Shown here: positions 9,272 to 17,604 of the stretch, piece by piece
Layout: every line of letters starts with the position of its first letter
Position numbering within the stretch: position 1 is the stretch's first letter
From: an uncultured delta proteobacterium
Lineage (GTDB): Bacteria > Myxococcota_A > UBA9160 > SMWR01
Assembly (NCBI GenBank): GCA_963832165.1
Contig: CAWHTE010000001.1
Coordinates: 128,001-192,000, forward strand
DNA length: 64,000 bases
Direction: 5' to 3'
Notes under the pieces: generated by a model
Databases searched by the model: none
What the model was told of the DNA's origin: nothing
What the model saw: the letters and a program-made list of their open reading frames with translations, nothing else
Made by a program: the position numbers and the translations under genes

Positions 9272-12200
9272 GCCGCGTGCTCTTGGGAATCGATCTCGGA
9301 GGCGGCAGCGTCCACTGCACGCTGCTGGACGCCGACACGGGCGCGCGCTTCGAGGCCGCGCTCGCGATCACGAGCCAGTCGGCGGAAGGCACGAGCGGCC
9401 TCGGCTACGAGATCGCCACCGATGAGCTCTGGGCGCGCGTGGGCGAGACCACGCGCGCGGTGCTCGCTTGCGCGGGCGCCACGGGCGATGCCGTCGCGGG
9501 CGTGTCGGTGACAGCGATGCGCTTCACGTCGGTGGTGCTCGACGCGGCCGGCGAGGTGCTGTTCGCGGTGCCCAACCGCGATGCGCGCTCGGTCGGCGAG
9601 AGCATGCGGATCGCGGCCGAGCGCGGCCAGGCGGTGCTCGCGACCAGCGGCATGTGGCCGCTGCCGATCCACGCTGCGCCGCGCCTGTCGTGGCTGCGCA
9701 GCGCGCGGCCTGACGTGTTCGGGCGCGCGGTTACGCTGCTCTCGCTCTCGGACTGGCTGAACTTCCGGCTCTGCGGACGGCGGATCACCGACGAGACACA
9801 GGCGGGCTGCACGGGCCTGTTCGATCTGCGCAAACGCGAGTGGAACGCGGAGCTGATCGACGCGTTCGGGCTGCCGCGCGCGATCTTCCCCGAGGTGCGA
9901 CCGTCGGGCGAGCGGATCGGCGAGCTCGACGCGCGCGCCGCGCGCGAGCTCGGGCTCGCACCCGGCACGCCCGTGGCGCTCGGCGGCGGCGACACGCGCT
10001 GCGGACTGCTCGGCGCGGGCGCGATCGCCGACGGCGACGTGGGCCTGATTGCGGGAACCACCGCTCCGCTCGAGCTCGTGACCGACGAGCCCGTGATCGA
10101 CGGCGAGGGACGGCTGCGCAGCGGGCTTCACGCGGTGCCGGGGCGTTATGTGCTCGAGGCGAACGTGGGACCGGTCGGCGAGGGCCTGGCCTGGCTCGCG
10201 CGCCTGCTCCACCCGGACGACGCGCGGCCCGACGACCGCTTTGCGGCCGAGGCTTCGACCGCGGCGATCGGCTCGGCCGCGATGCTCGCGAACGTGGGCG
10301 CACTCGTGGCGAACGATCGCCAGCCCGCTTTCCCCGTCGGCATGTACTCGCTCTCCCACATGACGGGCACGCAGGGGCGCAGTGCGCGCGCGAGCCTCGC
10401 GCGCTCCGCGCTCGAGGGAGTGGCGTGTGCGGTGCGCGCGAACCTCGAGCAGCTCACGCGCGTCACGGGGCGCGATCTGCGCCGCATTCATCTCGCGGGC
10501 GGGCTCTCGCGCAGCGCGCTGTTCGCGCGGATCCTCGCGGGCATCACGCGCGCCGAGGTGGTGCGCGCGGCGGCGCCCGAGGCGACCGGCCTCGGCGCTG
10601 CGCTGTGCGCGGGCATCGGCGCGGGCGTGTTCGCGGACGCGCTCGACGCGGTGAGCCACGGCGTGCGCGCAGCGGAGACCTCCGCGCCGCAGGCGGCCGA
10701 GGCCGACGCGTACGAGCGGCTCTACGAGAGCTGGAGCGAGCTGCGCGACGCGGCCGAGCAGACCACGGCGCCGATCGCGATGCGCCACACGGTTCCGGCC
10801 GCGCTCGCCGCCTCGCAGCGCAACGGGCGGCGCGCCAAGGCCGCGCATCGGCCCAAGGCGCTCGTCACCGCGGCGTTCGACGACGCGTCGATCGAGCGGC
10901 TGCGCGGCTTCGCCGACGTCGAATACGCGAGCTTCCGCGACCGCATGCAGCTGCTCACGGGCGCGAGCCTGGTCTCGGCGCTCGCCGACTGCGACGTGCT
11001 GGTCACCGAGGTCGACGTCGTCGACGCGAAGGCGCTCGAAAAGCTTCCGAACCTGCGCGTGGTGGCGGCCTGCCGCGGCGACGCCGTGAACGTGGACGTG
11101 GCCGCGTGCAGCGCGTTCGGGATCCCGGTGCTGTTCGCGCCGGGCCGCAACGCCGACGCGGTGGCCGACCTCACCGTCGCGTTCCTGCTCAACCTCGCGC
11201 GGCGGCTGCCCGCGGCCACGAAGTTCCTCGCCGACCCGGCGGTGACGGCCGGCAATCTCGCGGCGATGGGCAAGGCGTTCCGGGGCCTGCAGGGCTACGA
11301 GCTCTGGTCGAAGACGGTGGGTCTGGTCGGACTCGGCGCGGTCGGGCGCGGCGTGGCGCGCCGGCTCTCGGGCTTCGGCGTGCGCCTGCTGGTCGCCGAT
11401 CCGTACGTCTCCGCGGAGGAGGCCGCGCTCGCGGGCGCCGAGAAGGTCGAGCAGGGCGAGCTCCTGCGCACGAGCGACTTCGTGAGCCTGCACGCGGCCG
11501 TCACCGACGCGACGCGCGGGCTGCTCGGCCCCGCGCAGTTCGCCGCGATGAAGCCCGGCGCGTATCTGATCAACACCGCACGCGCGGCGCTGGTCGACGA
11601 GGCCGCGCTGCTCGCGGCGCTCGACAGCGGGCACCTCGCGGGCGCTGCGCTCGACACGTTCGCGGTCGAGCCGCCCGGCGCCGATCACCCGCTCGTGCGC
11701 CACGGCAGCGTGATCCACACGCCGCACATCGGCGGCAACACGAACGAGGTCGCTGCGCACCAGGGCCGGAGTATCTCCGATGCGCTCGAGCAGCTCGTGC
11801 GCGGTGAGGCGCCGCGCTGTCTGCTCAATCCCGAGGCGCTCGCGGGCTTCAGCTGGACGGGTTCGCGCCGCGTGCCGACGGCCGACGAGCTCACCGCGCT
11901 CGCCAATCGCGCGGGCCCGGCCGTCACCGACCTGCAGCGCGACGCGCAGGCCGAGGCCCAGGAGGAGAAGCTCGAGCCGAGCGCCGCGCCCGCGGAGACG
12001 GTCGCGGCGATGAAGCGGATCCTCGAGACGTTCACGGCCGCGATGGCGCAGGACGAGCGCGTGCACGCGTTCAGCGCCGACAAGGACGTCGCGCTCTACT
12101 TCGTGCTGCCCGACATCGGCCTCGACCTCCACATCGCGCTGCGCGAGGGACGGGTCTCGGGCGGGCTCGGCAAGCCCGAGGGTGGCTCCGTGGTCCAGCT

Positions 12201-13083
12201 GCGCATGCGCGCGGCGATCCTGGACGGGATGTTCACGGGCAAGGTGAACGCGATGGAAGCCGCGATGCAGGGCGAGGTCGCGTTCACGGGCGACGCCGGC
12301 AAGGCGATGGCGATCCAGCAGCTCCAGGGCGACATGCGGCGGCTCTACAGCGCCGCGCGCGAAGAGGTGGGCGATCCGGGCGACCTCGCCGCGATTCCGC
12401 AGCCGGGCGCGGCGCCGGGCGCCGCCGCTGCGGCGAAGCCCGTCGGCTCCGACGACGTCCGCGTCGAGATCGTCTCGATCACCCAGGAGCTCTACGAGAA
12501 CCAGGTGATCACCGCGACGGGCGGCAACGTGTGCGCGCGGATCCCGGGCAAGCCGGACGAGGTCTGGATCACGCCGAGCCAGCTGTTCAAGGGCGATCTG
12601 CGGCCCGAGGTACTCGTGCGGATCGACCTCGATGGCAAGTCGCTCGACGAGGGCTCGCGCTCGGCGTCGTCCGAGTGGAGCATGCACACGCAGATCCTCA
12701 AGAAGAAGCCCGAGGCGAAGGCCGTGATCCACGCCCACGCGCCGTTCGCGACCACGCTCGCGAACACGGGGCTGCCGTTCCTGCCGATCAGCACCGAGGC
12801 CGCCTTCTTCGGCGACATCCCGCGCGTGCCGTTCATCATGCCCGGCACCGACGCGCTCGCGGAGGCGGTCTCCGAAGCGATGAAGGACAGCTGGGCCGTG
12901 TTCATGGTGAACCACGGGCTGGTCGTGTGCGGGCGCAGCCTGCGCCGCGCGGCCGACATGGTGGAGATCGTCGAGCGCTCGGCACAGCTGATCCTGGGCT
13001 GCTATGCGGTGGGCAAGGAGCCGCCGGTGCTGCCCGAGAAGACGGTCGCGATGCTGCGCAAGATGGGCGATCTGGTCGCGTAG
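9268..13083 (+). CDS. Four-domain fusion: FGGY carbohydrate kinase - D-2-hydroxyacid dehydrogenase - SCP2 - class II aldolase (1271 aa)
   Basis: One uninterrupted frame from the ATG overlapping the upstream stop. FGGY: GIDLGGGS, GGGD, AGG.SRS. Dehydrogenase: GLGAVG, INTAR, DTF..EP, TPHIGG. SCP2: GKVNAMEAAMQGEVAFTGD. Aldolase: GGNV, SSEW.MH, HAH, NHG. Confidence 0.88.
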   Translation: MSRVLLGIDLGGGSVHCTLLDADTGARFEAALAITSQSAEGTSGLGYEIATDELWARVGETTRAVLACAGATGDAVAGVSVTAMRFTSVVLDAAGEVLFAVPNRDARSVGESMRIAAERGQAVLATSGMWPLPIHAAPRLSWLRSARPDVFGRAVTLLSLSDWLNFRLCGRRITDETQAGCTGLFDLRKREWNAELIDAFGLPRAIFPEVRPSGERIGELDARAARELGLAPGTPVALGGGDTRCGLLGAGAIADGDVGLIAGTTAPLELVTDEPVIDGEGRLRSGLHAVPGRYVLEANVGPVGEGLAWLARLLHPDDARPDDRFAAEASTAAIGSAAMLANVGALVANDRQPAFPVGMYSLSHMTGTQGRSARASLARSALEGVACAVRANLEQLTRVTGRDLRRIHLAGGLSRSALFARILAGITRAEVVRAAAPEATGLGAALCAGIGAGVFADALDAVSHGVRAAETSAPQAAEADAYERLYESWSELRDAAEQTTAPIAMRHTVPAALAASQRNGRRAKAAHRPKALVTAAFDDASIERLRGFADVEYASFRDRMQLLTGASLVSALADCDVLVTEVDVVDAKALEKLPNLRVVAACRGDAVNVDVAACSAFGIPVLFAPGRNADAVADLTVAFLLNLARRLPAATKFLADPAVTAGNLAAMGKAFRGLQGYELWSKTVGLVGLGAVGRGVARRLSGFGVRLLVADPYVSAEEAALAGAEKVEQGELLRTSDFVSLHAAVTDATRGLLGPAQFAAMKPGAYLINTARAALVDEAALLAALDSGHLAGAALDTFAVEPPGADHPLVRHGSVIHTPHIGGNTNEVAAHQGRSISDALEQLVRGEAPRCLLNPEALAGFSWTGSRRVPTADELTALANRAGPAVTDLQRDAQAEAQEEKLEPSAAPAETVAAMKRILETFTAAMAQDERVHAFSADKDVALYFVLPDIGLDLHIALREGRVSGGLGKPEGGSVVQLRMRAAILDGMFTGKVNAMEAAMQGEVAFTGDAGKAMAIQQLQGDMRRLYSAAREEVGDPGDLAAIPQPGAAPGAAAAAKPVGSDDVRVEIVSITQELYENQVITATGGNVCARIPGKPDEVWITPSQLFKGDLRPEVLVRIDLDGKSLDEGSRSASSEWSMHTQILKKKPEAKAVIHAHAPFATTLANTGLPFLPISTEAAFFGDIPRVPFIMPGTDALAEAVSEAMKDSWAVFMVNHGLVVCGRSLRRAADMVEIVERSAQLILGCYAVGKEPPVLPEKTVAMLRKMGDLVA

Positions 13084-13084
13084 T

Positions 13085-13705
13085 CTACGCCGAGTCGACT
13101 CTCGCCCGGAGCGCCGTCCGTTCCGCCGCGGTGACCACGCGCGGCGCGCACACCAGCGCGCCGGTCGCGTCGAAGAACGGCCCGCGGCGGTGATCGCCGC
13201 GCAGCCGCGCGGCGAGAGCGATCCAGAAGAGCCGGAGGATCACCGACGCAGGAAAGCGGTCGTGCGCATCCAGCTGCTCGCGATGCTTCGCGAAGCGGGC
13301 GTGACCGCGGGTGCGGATCGGTCCGAGCACCTGCTCGCGCGCGCTCTCGGGCGCATCGATGCAGCTGTGGATCAGGCCCACGAACGGCACCTGCCGCGAG
13401 GCGAGCGTATTGCCGATCGGGGTGCGGCAGCACGCCGCGTACCAGCGCACGAGGCCGCCGGGTGCGAGGCGCATGCAGGCCAGGCGATCGGCGCCCGCGC
13501 TGATCTCGAGATGGGCGGGAGACATCTGGAAGATCTCGGTGCCGCCGTGTTCGTCGAGCGTCTCCTTCGCGGCGTCGAGGAAGTGCGCGAACGCCTGGCA
13601 GTCGTCGCAGTAGCAGTAGACGCGGTTCCCGAGCTCGCCCGAGACGCCGCGCGCGCTCCCGCGCAGCGCTCCGCAGCTGCATCGGATCGGGAGATCGGCG
13701 GGCAT
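13085..13705 (-). CDS. DUF6151/GFA-like Zn-binding protein
   Basis: CSCG, CYCDDCQAFA and RWYA.CC.TP.GN cysteine pattern. Confidence 0.7.
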   Translation of the reverse strand: MPADLPIRCSCGALRGSARGVSGELGNRVYCYCDDCQAFAHFLDAAKETLDEHGGTEIFQMSPAHLEISAGADRLACMRLAPGGLVRWYAACCRTPIGNTLASRQVPFVGLIHSCIDAPESAREQVLGPIRTRGHARFAKHREQLDAHDRFPASVILRLFWIALAARLRGDHRRGPFFDATGALVCAPRVVTAAERTALRARVDSA

Positions 13706-13723
13706 CGGACGTGCGCCGTACGC

Positions 13724-14956
13724 CTAGCGCGCCGGCGCGAGCTCCCAGCGCAGGGGCACGCGCTTGATGCCGCCCACGAACGACGACCGCACGCGGTCGA
13801 CCGGCCCCGCGAGCTCGGCGCGCACGAGTCGCGTGCGCAGCTCCTCGAACACGGCGCGGATCTCGAGCCGCGCGAGATGGGCACCCAGGCACACGTGCTC
13901 GCCGCGCCCGAAGCCGACATGGTCGTTGGGCTGGCGGTCGATCCGGAACACGTCGCCGTCGGGGAAGATCTGCTCGTCGCGGTTCGCCGACGGGTAGAAC
14001 AGGCACAGCGACTGTCCGGCGCGGATCGCCTGGCCGCGCAGCGAGAAATCCTCGGTCGCGGTGCGGCAGAACTGGATCACAGGCGTCGTCCAGCGCACGA
14101 TCTCCTCGATCGCGGGTGTCACGAGCGCCTCGTTCTCCTGGAGCCGCTTCCACTCGCCCGGATTCTCGAGGAACGCGAGCATGCCACCCGTCATCGCGTT
14201 GCGCGTCGTCTCGTTGCCGGCCACCACGAGCAGGAAGAGGTAGGACAGCAGCTCGACGGGGGGCAGCGCGCGCCCGTCCACAGAGGCGTTGGCCACCTCG
14301 CTCACGATGTCGTCGTTCGGCTGGCTCCGCCGGCGCTCGGCGAGCTCGTGGAAGTAGGCGAACACCTCGTGGCGCGCGCCGTCGATCGTCTTCTGCGCGT
14401 CGCCATCGCGCTGAAACTCCGGGTCTTCGGGCGCGATGACCTCGTTGGTCCAGCGGAACAAGAGCGGCCAGTCCTCGTCGGGCAGGCCCAGCATCAGCGC
14501 GATCACCGCGATCGTGATCGGCGCGGACACGTCCTTCACGAAGTCGATCTGCTCGCGCTGCGCAGCGGCGTCGAGCACGTCGCGCGTGATCCGGCGCACC
14601 TTCGACTCCCAGCCCTGCGCCGCGCGCGGCGTGAAGCGCTTGCTCGCGACCTGGCGGTACTTCGCGTGGTCGGGCGGGTCCATGTTGAGCAGATGGCGCG
14701 TCTCGCCCTCGGGCGGCGGCGGGACCTTGTTGTCGAACACCGCGAGGCGCGGCGCATTCTGGAGCGTCTTGGGGTGCTTGCCCAGCCAGACGACATCGGC
14801 GTGCTTGGTGACGACCCAGAACGGATCGAAGTTCGGCCGCTCGTACCACAACACCGGCGCGTGCTGGCGCAGGTATGCCCACTCGCGATGCGGATAGCCG
14901 TGCTGCTCGTAGTGCTCGGGGTTCATCACGTCGATCGTCGCGAGATCGAAGCTCAT
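13724..14956 (-). CDS. Cytochrome P450 (resembles CYP125/CYP142-type lipid/steroid oxidases)
   Basis: MDPPDH..YR, VAGNETTRN, EEIVRW and FGRGEHVCLG. Confidence 0.93.
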   Translation of the reverse strand: MSFDLATIDVMNPEHYEQHGYPHREWAYLRQHAPVLWYERPNFDPFWVVTKHADVVWLGKHPKTLQNAPRLAVFDNKVPPPPEGETRHLLNMDPPDHAKYRQVASKRFTPRAAQGWESKVRRITRDVLDAAAQREQIDFVKDVSAPITIAVIALMLGLPDEDWPLLFRWTNEVIAPEDPEFQRDGDAQKTIDGARHEVFAYFHELAERRRSQPNDDIVSEVANASVDGRALPPVELLSYLFLLVVAGNETTRNAMTGGMLAFLENPGEWKRLQENEALVTPAIEEIVRWTTPVIQFCRTATEDFSLRGQAIRAGQSLCLFYPSANRDEQIFPDGDVFRIDRQPNDHVGFGRGEHVCLGAHLARLEIRAVFEELRTRLVRAELAGPVDRVRSSFVGGIKRVPLRWELAPAR

Positions 14957-16251
14957 CGCGAGCCTCCGTTCGCCTTCGTCGCCACCTTCGGGAACGCGCG
15001 CGCGATCGCGAGCAGCCACTCCACGATGCGCACCACGTGCAGCGAGAGCACGGGCTTGCCGCTCGTGCACAGCGCAACCGACAGCGCGCGATCGGGGTCG
15101 GCCCACGAGAAGATGTTCGAGAATCCCAGGTGTCCGAACGCGCTCTCGCTGTCGGGCCCGAACAGCGAGAAGTTGGGGCTGCCGAGCATGAAGCCGAGCC
15201 CGTAGCGGAGCGGGAAGCCGAGCGTGAAGTCGACCTCCCACCACGCGGACTCGCCTGTGGCGTGGCGGATCGTCGCGGGGTCGAGCACGCGCACGCCGTT
15301 CTGCTCGCCGCCGTCGAGCAGGCACTGGTAGAACGCACACAGCTCGCTCGCGGTGGTGACCACGTTCGCGGACGGGATGATCCCGGTGAGGTAGCGCGGA
15401 TCGTTCGCGAGCTCGATCACGTGCTCGATGTCGGCCCCGAGCGCGTTGCGCAGGATCGCCGAGCCGGGCCACGGCACGGGCGGACCCGTCACCGCGTCGC
15501 GCGCAACGAGCGGCAGATCCTCCTTGCCCACGCCGTAGCGCATCCAGCGGTAGCCGAGCGGCTCGATCAGCTCGCGCTCGAGCACGGTGCGGATGTCGGA
15601 CCCCGTGACCCGCCGCACCACCTCGGCGAGCACGAAGCCGCCCGAGACGGCGTGATAGGCGAGCACGCGCCCGGGCCGCGACCGCAGCTCCGCGTCGCAC
15701 ATGATCTCGACCACCTTCTCGGGCTGACCGAGCAGATCGAGGTCCATCGACTCGGGCGGCAGATTCGGGATGCCGGCCTTGTGCGCGAGCAGGTGGCGCA
15801 ACGTGATGCGCTGCTTGCCGTGCTTGGCGAACTCGGGGATGAAATCGCACACGCGGTCTTCGAGGTGCAGCACGCGCTTCTCGTCGAGCTTGTGGATCAC
15901 CATCGCCGTGATCGCCTTGCTCGCCGAGAAGATGTCGAACGGGGTCTCGGTGCTGACCGAGAGCTTCGGCGCGTCGGGCGGGTCCTGCGGCGCGTTACCG
16001 CGCGCGTGGCCGATCGCGCGGTTGAGCACCACGACGCCCTGGCGCCGCACGCACAGCGACAGCGCGGGGTGTACGCCCGTGGCGTAGATCGCCTGCGTCG
16101 CGTCCCACACGCGCTCGACTTCGGCGGCCGCCACGTCCGAGCCGCCGGGATCCTCGGGGCCCACGTCGAGGTTTTCTTCGAGGTCGCGCGGGAGGCGACA
16201 CCGCTTCGTGCCGGGCAGGTTCAGCTGACCGATCCAGTGGAGGGGGTCCAT
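14953..16251 (-). CDS. Serine hydrolase, beta-lactamase family (LipE-like esterase)
   Basis: FSASK (SxxK), LLAHKAG, YHAVSGG, AFGHLG. Confidence 0.87.
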   Translation of the reverse strand: MDPLHWIGQLNLPGTKRCRLPRDLEENLDVGPEDPGGSDVAAAEVERVWDATQAIYATGVHPALSLCVRRQGVVVLNRAIGHARGNAPQDPPDAPKLSVSTETPFDIFSASKAITAMVIHKLDEKRVLHLEDRVCDFIPEFAKHGKQRITLRHLLAHKAGIPNLPPESMDLDLLGQPEKVVEIMCDAELRSRPGRVLAYHAVSGGFVLAEVVRRVTGSDIRTVLERELIEPLGYRWMRYGVGKEDLPLVARDAVTGPPVPWPGSAILRNALGADIEHVIELANDPRYLTGIIPSANVVTTASELCAFYQCLLDGGEQNGVRVLDPATIRHATGESAWWEVDFTLGFPLRYGLGFMLGSPNFSLFGPDSESAFGHLGFSNIFSWADPDRALSVALCTSGKPVLSLHVVRIVEWLLAIARAFPKVATKANGGSR

Positions 16252-16276
16252 GGGGGGATCTCTTTCTGTGGGTTGA

Positions 16277-17602
16277 CTACGACTTTTCATCATCCTCGTT
16301 CACGGCGCCCGCGCCCAGGTAGACGTCGAGACCCGTGATCGAAGCGTTGCGGTAGGTGCGCGCCATCGCGGCTTCACAGTTCGATTGGCCGCGCCAGAAC
16401 GGGAAGCCGCCGAGCCGCGCCACGATCGCGCCGGGCTTGCGCGGGATGCGCACCTCGATCGCCTCGTCGCGGCTGCGCACGGCGCCGCCCCAGAACACCT
16501 CGGGATCCTCCGGGAGCGGCTCGTCGGGAATCACGCGCTCGGGCGGCGGCTCGATCACGGCGATGTTCGGCGCCACGAACGGCTCGCCCTCGTCCCCTTC
16601 GAGCAGCTCGCCGTCGGCTCCGTACGTGGGCTCGGAAGACGATGGCGGCATCGGCGCCCGCGGGATCGCCGCGGGTCCGAGCGCCGCGAGCAGCTCGCTG
16701 CGCTCCATGCCGCGAAGCTGGAAGATCAGGAACGGATCGCGGTCGAACTCCTCGCCGAGCAGGTAGTAGACGGCCGCCACGTGCTTGCATGGGTTCGCGT
16801 TGTCGGGGCACGAGCACGCGGCCTTGAGATCGCCGCTCGCGTTGGGGAAGAGCGACAGGCGCTGCTCTTCGAACACGCTCTCGATGCTTTCGGGGATGGT
16901 CCCCATGCCGAGTTCGACGGCGATGTCGGGGCGCTGCGCGAGCGCGCGCGTGAGCTTCTTCCAATCGGTGCTCGACAGCATCGAGAAGTGCATGCGCACG
17001 AGATACGGTGCGTCGCGCGAGCCCTGAACGTGCGCGGTGACGAAGCCCTTGCCGATCTCGATGTCGACGATGTGGCCCTGGCGCGCGTAGTTGCGGCCGC
17101 GTCCGAGCCGACGCCCGACCGCGAACCGCTCGAGCACTTCCACCCAGCGCCGCGCCCACCAGTTCTCACCGGTGCGCCCGCGCCGCGGGCGTCCGCGTTG
17201 ATTGTTGTTGCGCTGCGGTCGCCCTTGTCCGCGCCCGCGCCGGTTCCGGCCGCCGCTCTTGCCGCGCTGCTGGCCCTGCCAGCCGCCGCCGCCATTCCCG
17301 CCGCGCTGCGCACCATCGCCGTCGTCGCCGTCGTCGTGGAACACCTCGAGGTCGCGGAACAGCTCGGGCGGCCTCGCCGCGACGTCTGCGCCGCTCGCGC
17401 CCTCCACGCCCGGCGCGGCCGTCGGCGCGGCGTTCCAGGATCCGTTTCCGCCCGCGCCGCCGTTCTGCGCGTTCGGATCGACCGGGCCGCTCGGACCGCC
17501 GGGACCGCGCCCGCCGCGCCGGCGCCGCGGCCGTCGCCGCCGGCGGCGGGGTTCTCCGCCGCCTCCGCCGACTTGTCCGCCGCCCGGGCCTTCTTCGCTC
17601 AT
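16277..17602 (-). CDS. SWIM zinc-finger protein with long Gly/Arg-rich N-terminal extension
   Basis: WWARRW, RLGRGRNYARQG, CSCPD...PCKH (SWIM), FDRDPF.IF.LRG; start 2 nt after the helicase stop. Confidence 0.85.
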   Translation of the reverse strand: MSEEGPGGGQVGGGGGEPRRRRRRPRRRRGGRGPGGPSGPVDPNAQNGGAGGNGSWNAAPTAAPGVEGASGADVAARPPELFRDLEVFHDDGDDGDGAQRGGNGGGGWQGQQRGKSGGRNRRGRGQGRPQRNNNQRGRPRRGRTGENWWARRWVEVLERFAVGRRLGRGRNYARQGHIVDIEIGKGFVTAHVQGSRDAPYLVRMHFSMLSSTDWKKLTRALAQRPDIAVELGMGTIPESIESVFEEQRLSLFPNASGDLKAACSCPDNANPCKHVAAVYYLLGEEFDRDPFLIFQLRGMERSELLAALGPAAIPRAPMPPSSSEPTYGADGELLEGDEGEPFVAPNIAVIEPPPERVIPDEPLPEDPEVFWGGAVRSRDEAIEVRIPRKPGAIVARLGGFPFWRGQSNCEAAMARTYRNASITGLDVYLGAGAVNEDDEKS

Positions 17603-17604
17603 CG

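Noticed and set aside
9199..12915. Long antisense/alternate-frame ORFs here and throughout (e.g. 4537-7404, 39242-41971, 48535-50415)
   Set aside because: Arg/Ala-rich with no motifs; expected from stop-codon scarcity opposite real genes in high-GC DNA.
852..16251. Beta-lactamase-family genes (852-2024, 14953-16251; also the MBL fold at 44874-45941) as resistance genes
   Set aside because: Motifs and context fit esterases/hydrolases; resistance cannot be inferred from fold alone.
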